The notes under the pieces: model-generated
Told to the model about the DNA's origin: nothing
Database searches by the model: none
What the model saw: the letters and a program-made list of their open reading frames with translations, nothing else
Shown here: positions 38,611 to 52,865 of the stretch, in pieces
Layout of the letters: the number at the start of each line of letters is the position of its first letter
How positions within the stretch are numbered: position 1 is the stretch's first letter
Translations under genes and position numbers: made by a program
Origin: Octopus bimaculoides
Lineage: Eukaryota
NCBI RefSeq assembly: GCF_001194135.2
Contig: NC_068991.1
Coordinates: 26,712,052 to 26,776,051, forward strand
Reading direction: 5' to 3'
DNA: 64,000 nucleotides

Positions 38611-39139
38611 TAAAGGGTCGTTTTTTGAGTTGCTTGTCTTGTTTTCCATTTTTTCCTTCGTTCTTTGCGTACCCAACGTTATTTTCGTATTTCATGCTGT
38701 TTACGTTTTGAGACGTCCTGTACCCATATATGCATACCCATATACATACATATGTATAAACATATGTGTGTATATATGCATATATTATTTGTATATATAT
38801 ATATATATACATATATATANNNNNNNNNNNNNNNNNNNNNNNNNNNNNNNNNNNNNNNNNNNNNNNNNNNNNNNNNNNNNNNNNNNNNNNNNNNNNNNNN
38901 NNNNNNNNNNNNNNNNNNNNNNNNNNNNNNNNNNNNNNNNNNNNNNNNNNNNNNNNNNNNNNNNNNNNNNNNNNNNNNNNNNNNNNNNNNNNNNNNNNNN
39001 NNNNNNNNNNNNNNNNNNNNNNNNNNNNNNNNNNNNNNNNNNNNNNNNNNNNNNNNNNNNNTATACACGTTTACCGTTTGTCAAAACACACCGATACTAC
39101 GCTTACAAAGATATCGTCGAGCCGACCGCTCTCAAAAAT

Positions 39140-39779
39140 TAAATTAAAAAAACCGGAACAATAATCCAGAATCTTTGTCGGGTACCTAATCTATCCCAAT
39201 GGTAGTCATGGAATGTGAAGGTGGGTGTGCGGGCCGTGTTTGTAACGCTGTGTTTGTGTCGTCTGCAATGGGAACAGGGGCAGTTTTCTCTTTTGAACGA
39301 GGAATTGGGAATGAAAACATTTGCAACAAAATTAATGCCTCGCTTGCTGACGGAAGATCGAAAGCAGTCACGACTGAATGTGTGTCGTGAAACGAAAGAG
39401 TAGTTGGAAGTTGATCCGAAACTTTTTCTGAAGGTAATCACTGGTGACGAAAGCTGGTGCTACGGCTACAACCCATAAATGAAGCAGCAATGAAATCAAT
39501 GGAAGCATTCAATGTCACCACCCCACAAAAAAGTGTGTCAAGTGAAGTCCTTAAAGGAAAAGGTTTTGAATGTGTGGAAGAGGGGGAAAAATACGACGGA
39601 GGCATTAAAAAGCATCACTTTGCAAGAGTTTCAGGACTGCTTGGAACAGTGGAAAACGTGTCTGGACCGATGCATTGCTTCAAATGGAGAATACTTTAAA
39701 GGCGATAAAAGTGTAAACATGTAAAACTAAGTGAATAAAATAATATTACAAAATACCGTTTACTTTTGGGTACCCCTCG
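39140..39779 (+). mobile_element. Mariner family A, copy 2, with N-terminal and central deletions
   Basis: NEELGMKTFATKLMPRLLTEDRKQSRLNVC..KVITGDESWCYGY..LKSITLQEFQDCLEQWKTCLDRCIASNGEYFKGD; right TIR ttttgggtacccctcg. Confidence 0.88.
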
Positions 39780-39875
39780 TTTATGCGCGTGTGTGTATGT
39801 AGATATAGATATACATGTATATATATATGTATTTATACATATGCATGCATATCTATCTATCCATCTGTCTCTGTA

Positions 39876-39931
<56 letters not shown>

Positions 39932-41939
39932 CCTGTGTGTGTGTGCTTGTGTGTGTGTGAGTGTGTGTAAACACGCATGCGAGCATACACGCACATACAC
40001 ATAAACACAAGCTCACTCCACTACACACACAGTGATATGAATATTCGAGAAATTCTTTCGACTATCTCCGTGACAATGTTTATCAAACATAATTTCCATA
40101 TCGTTATATTCCGGGGAGAAAAATTAATTGAATGCATACATGATAGGACCTAATTACAACTCACTAAAATATCACACCATACATTCATACAGAGACGGGA
40201 CTGATGAAGATTCTGTACGTCAAAAATTGCGGGTATGGATAAAATATTACGAATACTATATAATAGCTTAAGTTAGCTGAACTTAGGTAGCGTTGGTACA
40301 TAGGTGACCAGACACCAAAAGCAAAATTAGTACTAGAGGAATTAGAGAATGAAAGAATTGTGAACTTGTTTTAATGTACTACGTGAAGCTCTGCTAATGA
40401 CTAGTGTACGATTTATGCTAAGATATTTCCCAGATAGTAACTTTCAGCTGTACTTATGTGTCCTGTCACGAGATTTCTCTTCGCACGAACTCATACATCT
40501 AAATGCAATACATTAACTACAGCTCTAAGTACTACTCTTTTACTGACAAATTTTATGAGTTGGACGATTTATATTTACTTTCATTTATTTATTGCTTTTT
40601 CATAGTTTCTTTATTTTTCTTCGCTAAATGTACTCACTGATTAATCTTTATGTTCGTCACATACTGCTGGTGTTGAAAATATTGCGTAACCATATATAAT
40701 TAGTGTGAAGTCTCCATAGAGTCATTAAAAAAATATGCAATATGTCATAATGTCCCTACATCGTTAGCTGATGTATAGAAATATAACGAAATAAAAACAA
40801 AACAAGGATTCTCAGAATCAGAGGAAAATAGAAATATATATATTGTATGAGTGTATGCAAATACATACTCCAACACAGTATACACACACATGCAGAGGCA
40901 CACACACGTATTCATAACCACAGACATGTCTGTGTTTCTGTATGTTGCTTTAATACATATATATGCGTGTGTGTGTGAGTGTGTGTGTGTGTGTGTGTGT
41001 CTGTGTGTCTGTGTGATTGGGCGCGTGTGTGTGTGTGTGTGTCTGTGTGTGTGTCTGTGTGTATATATATATATATTTATATATATATATATTGTGTGTG
41101 AGTGTGAGTGTGTATTTATCTATAAACACCAGATAATATATACAGATACATAAAGATATATTGAAATAAGTGTGTGTGTGTGTGTGTGTATCTATATATA
41201 TATATATATATAACCTCTGTGTGTGCGTGTGTGTGTGTTCGTGCATGCGTCAATAAGAAGAAAAAAGTGTCAGAGAGAACAATCTGTATGTCATCATCAA
41301 CGAGACAGTTATAACACAGCAGTAAGAGAGAAGAATGTACAACAAAATAGCTTTTAAAGAAATTACGTACAACTGAAAATTGGAAGAAAAATATCTGGTG
41401 ACTAATTTTCGACAAGATAACTTCCAGGTTAAAAAAAAAAATTAATAAGTATTATTCATTAATATGCCGTAAGGCATTCGCTATCTATGCGGTACATCAA
41501 TTTATCTAATAGAATATATTCAATGAAGACATGGCTAATACATAAGCAATGTAAGCAGTAAATGCAGAAGTGTACACATTTTTCTTTCTAGTCTCTTCCA
41601 CACAATCAGAGAAGAAATATTATGAATACTAATTACACACTGATTCTACCTTAGGAATTGTCCATAATTATTTCCAAGAAAAAAGATGTACGTTTATATT
41701 GTTTCCGTTTGTCTTTACTCTGTATTTGTTTTAGAAACATAAGCATTTTATTCTGTGCATACTTTTCAATTTCGTCCATTTTTCAGTGCAAATTTCGTTT
41801 CCGAATGGGCGAATTGTATTACCAGAGAATGTAAACGAATTTTCAAAGGTCCTTAGTAAATAATGAAATGACGAGACCTAATGATCTTCTTAAAGGAATA
41901 CATAGAGTATAAAAGGGAAATAGATAGATAGTCAGGGAG

Positions 41940-42002
41940 AGAGGGAGAGAGAGGGGGGGAGAGAGGAAGAAGAAGAAGAAGAAGAAGAAGAAGAAGAAGA
42001 AG

Positions 42003-42034
<32 letters not shown>

Positions 42035-42060
42035 GAAGAAGAAAGAGGGGGAGGAAAAGG
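41940..42060. repeat. (GAA)n microsatellite with GA-rich flanks
   Basis: Direct inspection. Confidence 0.96.
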
Positions 42061-42360
42061 GATTCATAGATAGATGCTAAGAGTAAAAACTGAATTGCTT
42101 TATTATAGTTCAGACTTAGAAAATTCAATCCTTAGAGAACCCTTGAAGAATGCTTTATCAATGAGCATGTATACGGTGATCGAGATTTAATTTCGTTGAG
42201 TGATCGACATTCAGTTTCGTTGGTAAGTTGGGTCACACAATCAGATCACTGAGCCTTTTTGTGAGAACCATTGTCTGACAACCGAAATTGTAGGTTTCAC
42301 GGTTGTTATTTCCTCAGTATTTCTGCACCGATTCCTATATCTCAATCTACTGAAGGTTTG

Positions 42361-43414
42361 TATTAGGCCGTGAAGTATAAAATTTGTAATACGGTATATG
42401 GTAAACTTTGACAGCTGCTCATTTTCCCTCATTATTATATTTTGAATTCTTTATTTTTTTGTTAGAAAGCTGACACATCTATTTCTTTATTCTAACAAAT
42501 GAGCAACGCGGTCGACCAGAAACAAAGGTGGATAATGATGAACTGAAATCCACCGTTGAGTCAAATCCATCTCAATGTCCCAGTGAATTATCGTTGTTGT
42601 TTCGTGTTTGAACGCGAACAATATTGACTCACTTAGTTCAAATTGGTAAAGTGAAAAATTTGGATAAGTGGGTTCCATATGAACTCAAGGAAAATCAGAA
42701 ACAGCAACGTTTGGAAGCCTACATTATGCTATTTTCTTGTTACAAAAATGAATAATGTTTTAACCGCATTATGACATGTGATAAGACATGGATCCAATAC
42801 ATCAACCGTAAACGTTCAGCAAAATGGTTGGACAAAAACGAGCTACCAAAACACAGTCCATAAAGCAAAATTCATCAAAAGAAGCTGATGGTGTGTGTTT
42901 GGTGGTCTGGAGCAGGTATGGTCCATTATAATTTCATTAAATATGGCTCATCAATTACGGCAGAAGTATACTGCAGCCAACTGGACCAAATGATGTGCAG
43001 AAACTTACAAAAAAAAAAAACAACCTAGATTAGTCAACAGATCCACTCCTATTTTATTGCAAGACAACGCCAGACCACACATTGCAAAAATGGCATTGGC
43101 GAAACTACAGGAGTTGGAGTTGGAAATTTTCCATCATCCACCATTCTCACCTGATCTTGCTCCCACTGACTAACGCTTCTTCCAGAATTTGGAAAAATTT
43201 TTAATAGAAAAATTTTTTTATTCCGATGATGCTGTAAAACAGGCCTTCCAAGATTTTATTGACTTTAGATTGCCAGGCTTTTACAGTTCCGAGCTGGACA
43301 AGCTACCACCGAAAGGGAAAAAAGTGTATGCTTTGATGAATAAAATTATTCTTTGTATTTATAAAACAGTTGCACACTTTTTTCTGTTCTACAAATTTCA
43401 TACTTGACCGAATA
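42361..43414 (+). mobile_element. Mariner (Hsmar1/cecropia-like) element with 5' internal deletion, pseudogenised
   Basis: RGRPETKVDNDELK..LDKWVPYEL..RIMTCDKTWIQY..KKLMVCVWW..LLQDNARPH..HPPFSPDLAPTD. TIRs TATTAGGCCGTGAAGTATAAAATTTGTA vs revcomp TATTCGGTCAAGTATGAAATTTGTA. Confidence 0.9.
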
Positions 43415-43449
43415 GTTGGAAGTTATTTTCGCGTAAACACATTCTTGCC

Positions 43450-43710
43450 TGTTGTTTCCCAACCACATGGTTCGGAGTTCAGTCCCACTGCGTGACACCT
43501 TGCTTAAGTGTCTACTAAGTAGCTAAGTGTGTGCGCGCGTGTTTGTATGTGTGTGTGTGTGTGTGTGTGACTGTGTCTGTGTGTGCGTGTATTTTGTCTT
43601 TGTGTTCGTCCCCCAGTAACACTTGACAACCGTGCGTTGGTGTCAGTAGCGGTTCAGAAAAGATATCGATAGAGTATGTACCAGGCATTACAAAATGTAT
43701 CTAACTCTGA
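43450..43710 (+). mobile_element. SINE family C, degraded (head, GT microsatellite, 3' body)
   Basis: ccaaccacatggttcggagttcagtcccactgcgtgacacctt..; cacttgacaacc..gttggtgt..gatagagtatgtaccaggc. Confidence 0.7.
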
Positions 43711-43772
43711 TGTGTTTGTAAACTTTAGCCTTCTTTTTATAGATATATTCAAAGCATTTGTACCGGTTTCAT

Positions 43773-43925
43773 GGTATTTCCTTTGGTTTGTATTTCACTG
43801 AATTTTACAATTTCTCTCTTCTTATCTATATAAAATTCATACACATATATACACAAACACACACATTCATACGTGCTTGTATATATATACATACGTATCT
43901 TTCTTACAATCTCACTCTGCATCTT

Positions 43926-43972
<47 letters not shown>

Positions 43973-44131
43973 CAGGTCATCCCATAAGTTCTGTCCGATT
44001 TNNNNNNNNNNGGTATTTCCTTTGGTTTGTATTTCACTGAATTTTACAATTTCTCTCTTCTTATCTATATAAAATTCATACACATATATACACAAACACA
44101 CACATTCATACGTGCTTGTATATATATACAT
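43773..44131 (+). repeat. Exact ~120-bp duplication across a 10-N gap, with a mariner TIR (43969-44001) at the gap edge
   Basis: 43773-43892 equals 44012-44131; tatcaggtcatcccataagttctgtccgattt resembles the family B TIR. Confidence 0.85.
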
Positions 44132-47091
44132 GTGTGCGGATGTGTGTGCGCGCGTGTGTGTATGTGTGTGCGTGTGTGTGTGTTTATGTTACTATCTACA
44201 TGTTCAAAGATGCAATGCATACGTATCTGTGTTCTTATTCGGAATCTGTATCATCTAAAATAATACCGTATAGGAAAGTGATATATTATCTCTTGATATG
44301 AATTGTTTTGATATGTTTCACTATATTACATCTGACATCATGTTCCCTTATATACTATTTCCAATATAAAATATATCTATTGAATATTGAAACCAACATT
44401 TATAGTGATCAATAATAAAAACAAGTTCACATGCTCCTAAATGGTAAGTATTTTACATGCTGCATTGTGACCGGTGAAATCTAGCGTTTTATTTTCCCCT
44501 TAAGCAGCGGCGAATCGTTAAATGCAAAAAGTAAAAGAATCATTTGCAAAAATACACTTCAGAGGAACAAAAAGCTTTTGAGGTCAATTTTTGAATAGTT
44601 CTTAGTAGTGTTACAGAAGAGTTTAAATATGGGTGACTAAGTGAAGAAATGCGTGTCAGGTGGGTGGCCCTAAACGGAGCTATCACATTATCGTCGACCT
44701 TCGTTGAGAATGTAGCATTCAATTTGTGGTTTAGGTAGGCCACATTTTAGGTGAGCCACATTTTAACAAGGGTTAACTTTAAAATATGATACCATAACTG
44801 AATATACTAGTTTCCTTTGACTCACTTTTATTTAGTTACTTCTTTTAATAACTCACTTCAATAACAAAATATTGTTAACTTCTGTAACATTTAAACTAAG
44901 TTTTTATTATACAGATATTTCATATCTATATGCAAATATAACTGTAGAACTATAATCGGAATGTGACGTTTCATATAAAACTCTGGGCGAGATTAAATTA
45001 ATTGTGCAGCAAAATTAATAACAAGATAAATACAAAGAATACAATAAAAAGAATGAAATATATCTGGAAGGACACAAATGATACAATCGTCTATGACATT
45101 CGATTTATTGTATAAAAATAACCTTTGGGTAGATTTCTCTGCTAGAGATAATGAATATAAGATTTTCCAATGTTTCTGTGTCGACTGGACTGATTTTCCA
45201 ATATATTGGAGTCGAATTTTCGACTAAGATATATGGAGTCTTTAGAAATAATGGTTCTTCAGTTGTGCCACTCCACACTAATACTTCTGAAATAACCATC
45301 ACTTTCCTTATATTTATTTTTCTACCTCTCGTCTCTCACTATCTACTTCATTAATTCCCATCTCAAGAATATTAACCTCTTAGATTTCCACATTCGCCAC
45401 CGTCATTTCTAAAGATGTCAACTGAACGTTGTTCAATATAAATATAAAGTACATCTATCTCTCTAGTCTATGAAGCTCTGCAAATATCATTACAACTGTC
45501 CCTTTCTCTCACATGAAATAACAGCAAAGGACAACAATTTATCAAACGTAAATAGTGACCTGAAAACTCGCAATTTGGTCATTGGTTCATATTTCAGAAG
45601 AAAATGAATATTCGTGCTGCTTCTGATGTAATAGATAGTCTACTTAGATCAGGTGGTGAGTGATAATAGTATTGATATTTTCTATGTAAATAAGATCAAG
45701 ATTTGCAGCGAATTAAACAGCTTAATCTGGCTTCTGGTGCGTTGCACTCTTTTGTGTTTCCAAGTTGAGAGTAAATATGGGACATGGCGCATGGTATGAG
45801 AGTAACTGATAACAAAAAAATAAGCACGGAGAATGATATGAACTTCTTCCCCCGTTTCAACAGTGATGGAGCTTACTCCCGAATTTGTAATATTTCTAAA
45901 TATATTAAAATAATCATAGGTTAAGAAGATTAGATAGTCATTAAGATTCAACATAATTAATACAAAGTAGCAACGTAAATACCCTTCGTGGTAGTTATGG
46001 TGTTCTATTTTCTTTCATTGTGTGGCTTGGTTACTACAAAAAAGGTCGGTAATTTTATTGATTTCTTATTGGATTATCAACATAAGTAATGAAAAAATAG
46101 ACAATTTCGGACGAATTGATTCTTGTGTGGATACACGCAATTTCTACAGCTGTACTTTATTTTCTGCTGATTTTCCTTCATAGTTTGACTTGAGAAAGGG
46201 ATGCGTTATAATGCTATTTTGAAACAGAACAAAATATAATGGACATTGAAATGGAAGAATTGGAATACATCATTTATATGAAGCTGGGATTAAAGCATCC
46301 GACATTGTAACAGGAGGTGAGCATTACAGAAAGCATGTTATTGTGTCAAGAGTTAAACTGAGACATTCTGACATCATCCTGCCATTCAGACTTATGTGAT
46401 TACGAGTTTCTCTTCGAACGGATTTCGCAATAAAATTGAATAAATCTCGATGCCAATCATTGAGCAAAATAAGACTCTTCTCCCCAACTGATGTATTTCT
46501 ACTTGGACAATTGTGTAATAACTCTGTCAAAAAATACGCAGCATGGTTGAAGTCAAGTGACAAAATTGAAAAAGTGGCCAACATCCCGCATATTGAACGA
46601 TCCAGATGAGATGTAGAACGTTTTAACGTTTTTATCATTCGAGTAAAAGATTCTGAGATATACATAAATACATACACAGACACAGACACACAACCCCCCC
46701 CCACACACACACACATACACACACATACACACACACACCCATATATTCATATGTGTATATGTATATACGATTTGGCTTGCCCCCTCTCTCTTAACACAAT
46801 AATATTCGTAGGTATACTTTTCCTTAAATTAATAGATACGCATTTCACTAGCTCCTATTAGTACTGTCCCATATTCAACAGGCACAATGCTAGGTCCCGT
46901 TTGGCGGCGCCCCCAACATTAAGACCATCCTAGTTAGCGCCCCTAGGACACAAGAAGGGGCGTATTGTTCATGCAGGATCCGAGCAGTTGCCCGGTAGGA
47001 GGCCTTTGCAAAACTAAAGGGGGTGCATATCAAGCTGAGGTTCTAACACGACATACCCTTAACACCGGCAGAAAGAATAACGGCCGTAGAC

Positions 47092-47535
47092 ATGAGAACA
47101 GAGACAGTAACACAGCCACCATCACCACCACCACTACCATGGATGGCAAAATCGCTAATAACAACAGCAGCGGCATTGCTAACAGCATCGACATCACCGC
47201 CATCCCCAGCCTCACAAATAGCTTCCTTGATGACCACGATGCCAGTCCTATTAGCCACCATAGTAGTAGTAGCAGAAGCAACAAGTCCTATCCCATCAAC
47301 AGAGCCACTACCGCCTCAATGGATGGCAGCATCGCTAACAACAACAGCAGCGGCATCGCCAACAGCAACAACCTCACCACCACCATCAGTTTTACCAATA
47401 GCTCCACCAACGTTCACGATGTCGCGCCTATTGACCACTATAGTAGCAGAAACAGAGACAAAGTATCCAGTTCCATCGCTGGCTATAACGGCAACAGCAG
47501 CAGGACCGGCAATGGCGATAGTACTACCGTCGCTG
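47092..47535 (+). repeat. Degenerate trinucleotide-rich tract with 180-bp internal tandem repeat
   Basis: atggatggca..atcgctaa.aacaacagcagcggcat at 47139 and 47319, collinear without indels for ~125 bp. Confidence 0.85.
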
Positions 47536-47909
47536 GTGGAGGCGAAATGGGAGCGGACTAGCGGTCATGGGATCGCGGTTTCGATTCCCAGACCGGGCGT
47601 TGTGAGTGTTTATTGAGCGAAAACAGCTAAAGCTCCATGAGGCTCCGGCAGGAGATGGTGGCGAACCCTGCTGTACTCTTCAACCACAACTTTCTCTCAC
47701 TCTTACTTCCTGTTTCTGTTGTGCCTGTAATTCAAAAAGTCAGCCTTGTCTCACTATATCACACTGAATATCCCCGAGAACTACGTTAAGGGCATATGTG
47801 TCTGTGGAGTGCTCAGCCACTTGTACGTTAATTTCACGAGCAGGCTGTTCCGTTGACCGGATCAACTAGAACCCTCGACGTCGTAAGCGACGGAGTGCCA
47901 ACAACAACA
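47536..47909 (+). mobile_element. tRNA-derived SINE family A, copy 3 (A-box deletion)
   Basis: gtggaggcg..ggtttcgattcccagaccggg..(caa)n; decayed 13-bp TSD actaccgtcgctg (47523-47535) / actaccgtcacca (47910-47922). Confidence 0.92.
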
Positions 47910-48389
47910 ACTACCGTCACCACCACCACATCCTTCACTATCACCAGCACCAGCAACAACACTAGCAGCCCTGATTTCATCAACAACAACAGCAACAGTA
48001 GCAGCACCAGCAACAGACAGCAGCAACAACACCAGCACCTACAGCAGCAACAGTGCAACGACAGCACCAACAGGTGCAACATCACACGCCCACAGAAGTA
48101 CGTGGGGTGGTATCTGTACAGTTTGACTCACAGATTTTTTAATTCATTTTTTTTAACCAAACAATTTCAAACTTCGTATACGGCTGTAATTCTTCACGCA
48201 GAACACGGTTTACTTTGAACATTTTTGACAAAATTCGTATTTTAGTAGTTATTTCGTNNNNNNNNNNNNNNNNNNNNNNNNNNNNNNNNNNNNNNNNNNN
48301 NNNNNNNNNNNNNNNNNNNNNNNNNNNNNNNNNNNNNNNNNNNNNNNNNNNNNNNNNNNNNNNNNNNNNNNNNNNNNNNNNNNNNNNNN

Positions 48390-48432
<43 letters not shown>

Positions 48433-49707
48433 GATAACTGTTTAAATACTCACACACACATGTATATATACGTAAATAAATGCATGCACACACATACGCA
48501 TATTCATTTATATTGCTATAGATATATTTTGTATATTTTAACGCATCAAGTCTATAAAAGTTTTTTACAGTATATTTGTATTCATAAAATTACAATCAGT
48601 TACTCCAACACAAATAACAATTATATTAACAACGTCGTTTGCAACAGAAAAATAAGTATTTACAATTTCTGAGAAGAAATTTATGAAAACAGAAATCTAT
48701 TATTTTATGCCTCCATCTGATATTTAGACTAAACATCTTGTCCTCTCCTAAAAGAACAGATTTATTCTGTATTAATAGAAATATTACTATTCGAAAATAT
48801 TAACCAACACATGCTCTTATTACTGGAATCTAAGTAGCATAAACTCCACAAACTAAAAGTGGCCTCCCTTGTCTAGAAAATGACATAAGCGACATGATTA
48901 CATACAATTAATGACATACGAATTTACCATGACACGGTCTAAAATGACTTCAACAAGTATATTTAAAACTTAATAAACTGAGTAATATGGAAAACAGGTC
49001 ATTAAAATAGGATTTCTTCTACTGTAAATGCTCTTTGGCTACGGCATGCGCTAAAGTATTTTCAGTAAAACAAATTTTATACGTAAACATTTTTATTTCT
49101 ACTTTTTAGTAATACGTGATTTCGTCTCGTTCTTACCTTGTGAAAACATTCTCTAATGCTTTTAGAGTAAAATTGTTATGTAAAAATATGCTTTTGAATA
49201 TTTAGTTTTATATATACTAGAAATATTTACTCTCCGAGTTGAAAAATAAAACTTGCTTTATTCTAACAAATATATTTTGTTGGTTTAGATATAATGCTTC
49301 AGCGAACTGATCCGATGCGTTTGTTTTATTTATTTGCATGAATTTGCAAATAAACAAGTGTATCGTACAATACTGAGCATACATATTAATGCAAATACAT
49401 GCGCATAATATATTCCATAGTAAAGAGGTCTGCGACACAGCCGTGGCTTTATGGTTGCTTCATGGTTAAATAAATATGCATTCTCATTTTACATCTCGCG
49501 GATTTCTAGTTTTATATACATTTCAAGAAATAATTTAATTCCATCGAAGGAGGTTCAGAATTTTCAGTTGTATGGACACTCTCCATGGCAGTTCTTCGTA
49601 ATTTATCACTATGTCAACTGCTAACCGAGTCCGTAAGAGGAGCTTTCCATGATAGCCGCACGTTTCTCTGAATCCACTTTTTATACTACTACGCACGCGC
49701 GCAGACA

Positions 49708-49816
<109 letters not shown>

Positions 49817-50136
49817 CCATATAAAAATAATGTAAACAGCAGGTTGCAATGTTTCACCAAAAAGGAGACTTATAACTGTCACTAAATGTGACTAGGGTGT
49901 TAAAAAATACTTACGTTGCTAGAAATAATGTTAAAATGCCTTAACGTTGCAGTTAGGTCTGGAAGTAGCTGAACAACGAGCTGGCTTAACAAATGAATGC
50001 AACGGGAATTGCCGAAACTGACGCGTCAGTTTTAAGAATTCTCAGTCGGCATTTTTCGGACAATTATAGTCCCTGTTATTGTATGTTTTCATTCATGTCC
50101 GTTAAATACAACTTTAGAATATTTTAGCTTTTATTT

Positions 50137-50370
50137 TTTATTTCTTTATTGCCTGCAAAGGGCTAAACATAGAGGGGACAAACAGGGATAGACAAAAGGA
50201 TTAAGTCGATTACATCGACCCCAGTGCGTAACTGGTACTTAATTTATCGACCCCGAGGGGATGAAAGGCAAAATTTGACCTCGGCGAAATTAGAACTCAG
50301 AACGTAACGGCAGACGAAATATCGCTAAGCATTTCGCCCGGCGTGCCAACGTTTCTGCCAGCTCACCGCC
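50137..50370 (-). mobile_element. SINE family B, tail type 2
   Basis: Same head and core as 12002-12216 but a different 3' tail (..tttgtcccctctatgtttagccc..aataaagaaata); 13-bp TSD ttagcttttattt (50124-50136 / 50371-50383). Confidence 0.92.
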
Positions 50371-50449
50371 TTAGCTTTTATTTCTAGCAATGTAAGTATT
50401 TTTTAACACCTTGCTCACATTTAATGACAATTATATATATTTATATATA

Positions 50450-51196
50450 TGCATTTTTTAGAATGCATGGAAGAATATTCGGAGGGGGACGGGATAAACC
50501 ACCTTGCTATAAAAACAGGTAGTAATTTTACTTTATCGTTATTGTTAATGCAACTTTTGAAGAGTGCAGTTCGATTTTTAACTGTTATTTTGTCAAAGCT
50601 ATAATGAAAGTGACAAAGGAGCATATTCGGCATATTTTGTTTAATGCGTTCAATAAAGGCAACAACACAACAGAAAGTGCGAGGAATGTTAATGCAGTAT
50701 ATGGGGATCGGAAAAAAAAGCGTAAACCACTGTCAACGGTAGTTCCAGAAATTCCGAGCCGGAAACTACAATTCAGAAGACAAGTCCTAGAAGATTGGTA
50801 GAGTTGGACGTGGACGTCCTGTAAACCCTGTTAGAACAAAATCCCATCGTAATTATTGAAGAACTAGCAGAGAAGCTTGGATTTGATCATTCAAACATTC
50901 ATCGAGACATGTGCCATCGGAAAAGTCAGCAAATTGGGTCAATGAATTCCTCACAGACTTTCCGGGACTAATCGCGCGCAGAGAGTGAATGTGTGCTCTT
51001 TTTTGATGTCACGTCTCACGAATTATCCTGTTTTGGACCGAATAGTGACTGGTGACGAGAAATGGTTTCTGTATAAAAATGTCAAGCGCCGAAGACAGTG
51101 GGTAGGGGAAAGAGAAACACTGGCAGCTCAGGCTAAAAAAGGTCTTTGCCCACATAAAGTGCTGTTATGTTTTTGTAAGATATGAAATGTTTAGTC
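50450..51196 (+). mobile_element. Mariner family B, copy 2 (5' half; runs into gap)
   Basis: MKVTKEHIRHILFNAFNKGNNTTESARNVNAVYGD..DRIVTGDEKWFLYKNVKRRRQW; 5' UTR homologous to 4185-4345. Confidence 0.9.
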
Positions 51197-52769
51197 NNNN
51201 NNNNNNNNNNNNNNNNNNNNNNNNNNNNNNNNNNNNNNNNNNNNNNNNNNNNNNNNNNNNNNNNNNNNNNNNNNNNNNNNNNNNNNNNNNNNNNNNNNNN
51301 NNNNNNNNNNNNNNNNNNNNNNNNNNNNNNNNNNNNNNNNNNNNNNNNNNNNNNNNNNNNNNNNNNNNNNNNNNNNNNNNNNNNNNNNNNNNNNNNNNNN
51401 NNNNNNNNNNNNNNNNNNNNNNNNNNNNNNNNNNNNNNNNNNNNNNNNNNNNNNNNNNNNNNNNNNNNNNNNNNNNNNNNNNNNNNNNNNNNNNNNNNNN
51501 NNNNNNNNNNNNNNNNNNNNNNNNNNNNNNNNNNNNNNNNNNNNNNNNNNNNNNNNNNNNNNNNNNNNNNNNNNNNNNNNNNNNNNNNNNNNNNNNNNNN
51601 NNNNNNNNNNNNNNNNNNNNNNNNNNNNNNNNNNNNNNNNNNNNNNNNNNNNNNNNNNNNNNNNNNNNNNNNNNNNNNNNNNNNNNNNNNNNNNNNNNNN
51701 NNNNNNNNNNNNNNNNNNNNNNNNNNNNNNNNNNNNNNNNNNNNNNNNNNNNNNNNNNNNNNNNNNNNNNNNNNNNNNNNNNNNNNNNNNNNNNNNNNNN
51801 NNNNNNNNNNNNNNNNNNNNNNNNNNNNNNNNNNNNNNNNNNNNNNNNNNNNNNNNNNNNNNNNNNNNNNNNNNNNNNNNNNNNNNNNNNNNNNNNNNNN
51901 NNNNNNNNNNNNNNNNNNNNNNNNNNNNNNNNNNNNNNNNNNNNNNNNNNNNNNNNNNNNNNNNNNNNNNNNNNNNNNNNNNNNNNNNNNNNNNNNNNNN
52001 NNNNNNNNNNNNNNNNNNNNNNNNNNNNNNNNNATATATATATATATATATATATACACACAAACACACACACACATATATACATACATATATATATATA
52101 TATATACACACACACAGAGGCGTGCGCGTGTGTGTTGCATTTGTCGCATATGATATGGAAATATGACAATTTGGACCATGCGGAAAATGAACATGCATGA
52201 CGGCACCCTTGTGATATATTTAGGTATGTGCATACACCATATCGAATTCAGAGAATTTATGGAAATGTATTGAGTTTATATTTAAACCCAAAACTTTCTT
52301 AACAAATGTAGAGGACCGGATGTTGTTTAGATAGTTGTGTGCACAATCGTTTGAACAGCATAAGATCAATTTTCCATTTGAAAGTTGCAAATTGTGTTAG
52401 TTTTAAGCGACGGAGCGGCAATATTACATTAGAATCTTGCCAACGACGTAAGCAAAATAGCGATACCCGAGCGTCTAAGGTACGTTGTAGAACCGGTTTG
52501 CTGAAATTATACTAGAATAAGCTTAGCGCATGATAATATCATTACACGATTGGTTTTTAGTTCTCCTGTGTTTTACCATAATAATAGAAGTATTCGAGGT
52601 GTTCAGTGTTATCGTAGCAACACAAAGGATAACAAATGTAAGAAACCATACGAAAGGAATAATAGAGAATTATGTCAAACATATTTCCACGTCGACGAGA
52701 TATTACCCTGTTGATGCCCGTACACGAAGCAGGATCATGTGGTCTTACTGAATCAAACCAAACAAGCTG

Positions 52770-52814
52770 TACGGGAAGATGAAGATGTTGATGATTACAA
52801 TGATGACGACGACG

Positions 52815-52845
<31 letters not shown>

Positions 52846-52865
52846 TGATGATGACGATGATGTCC

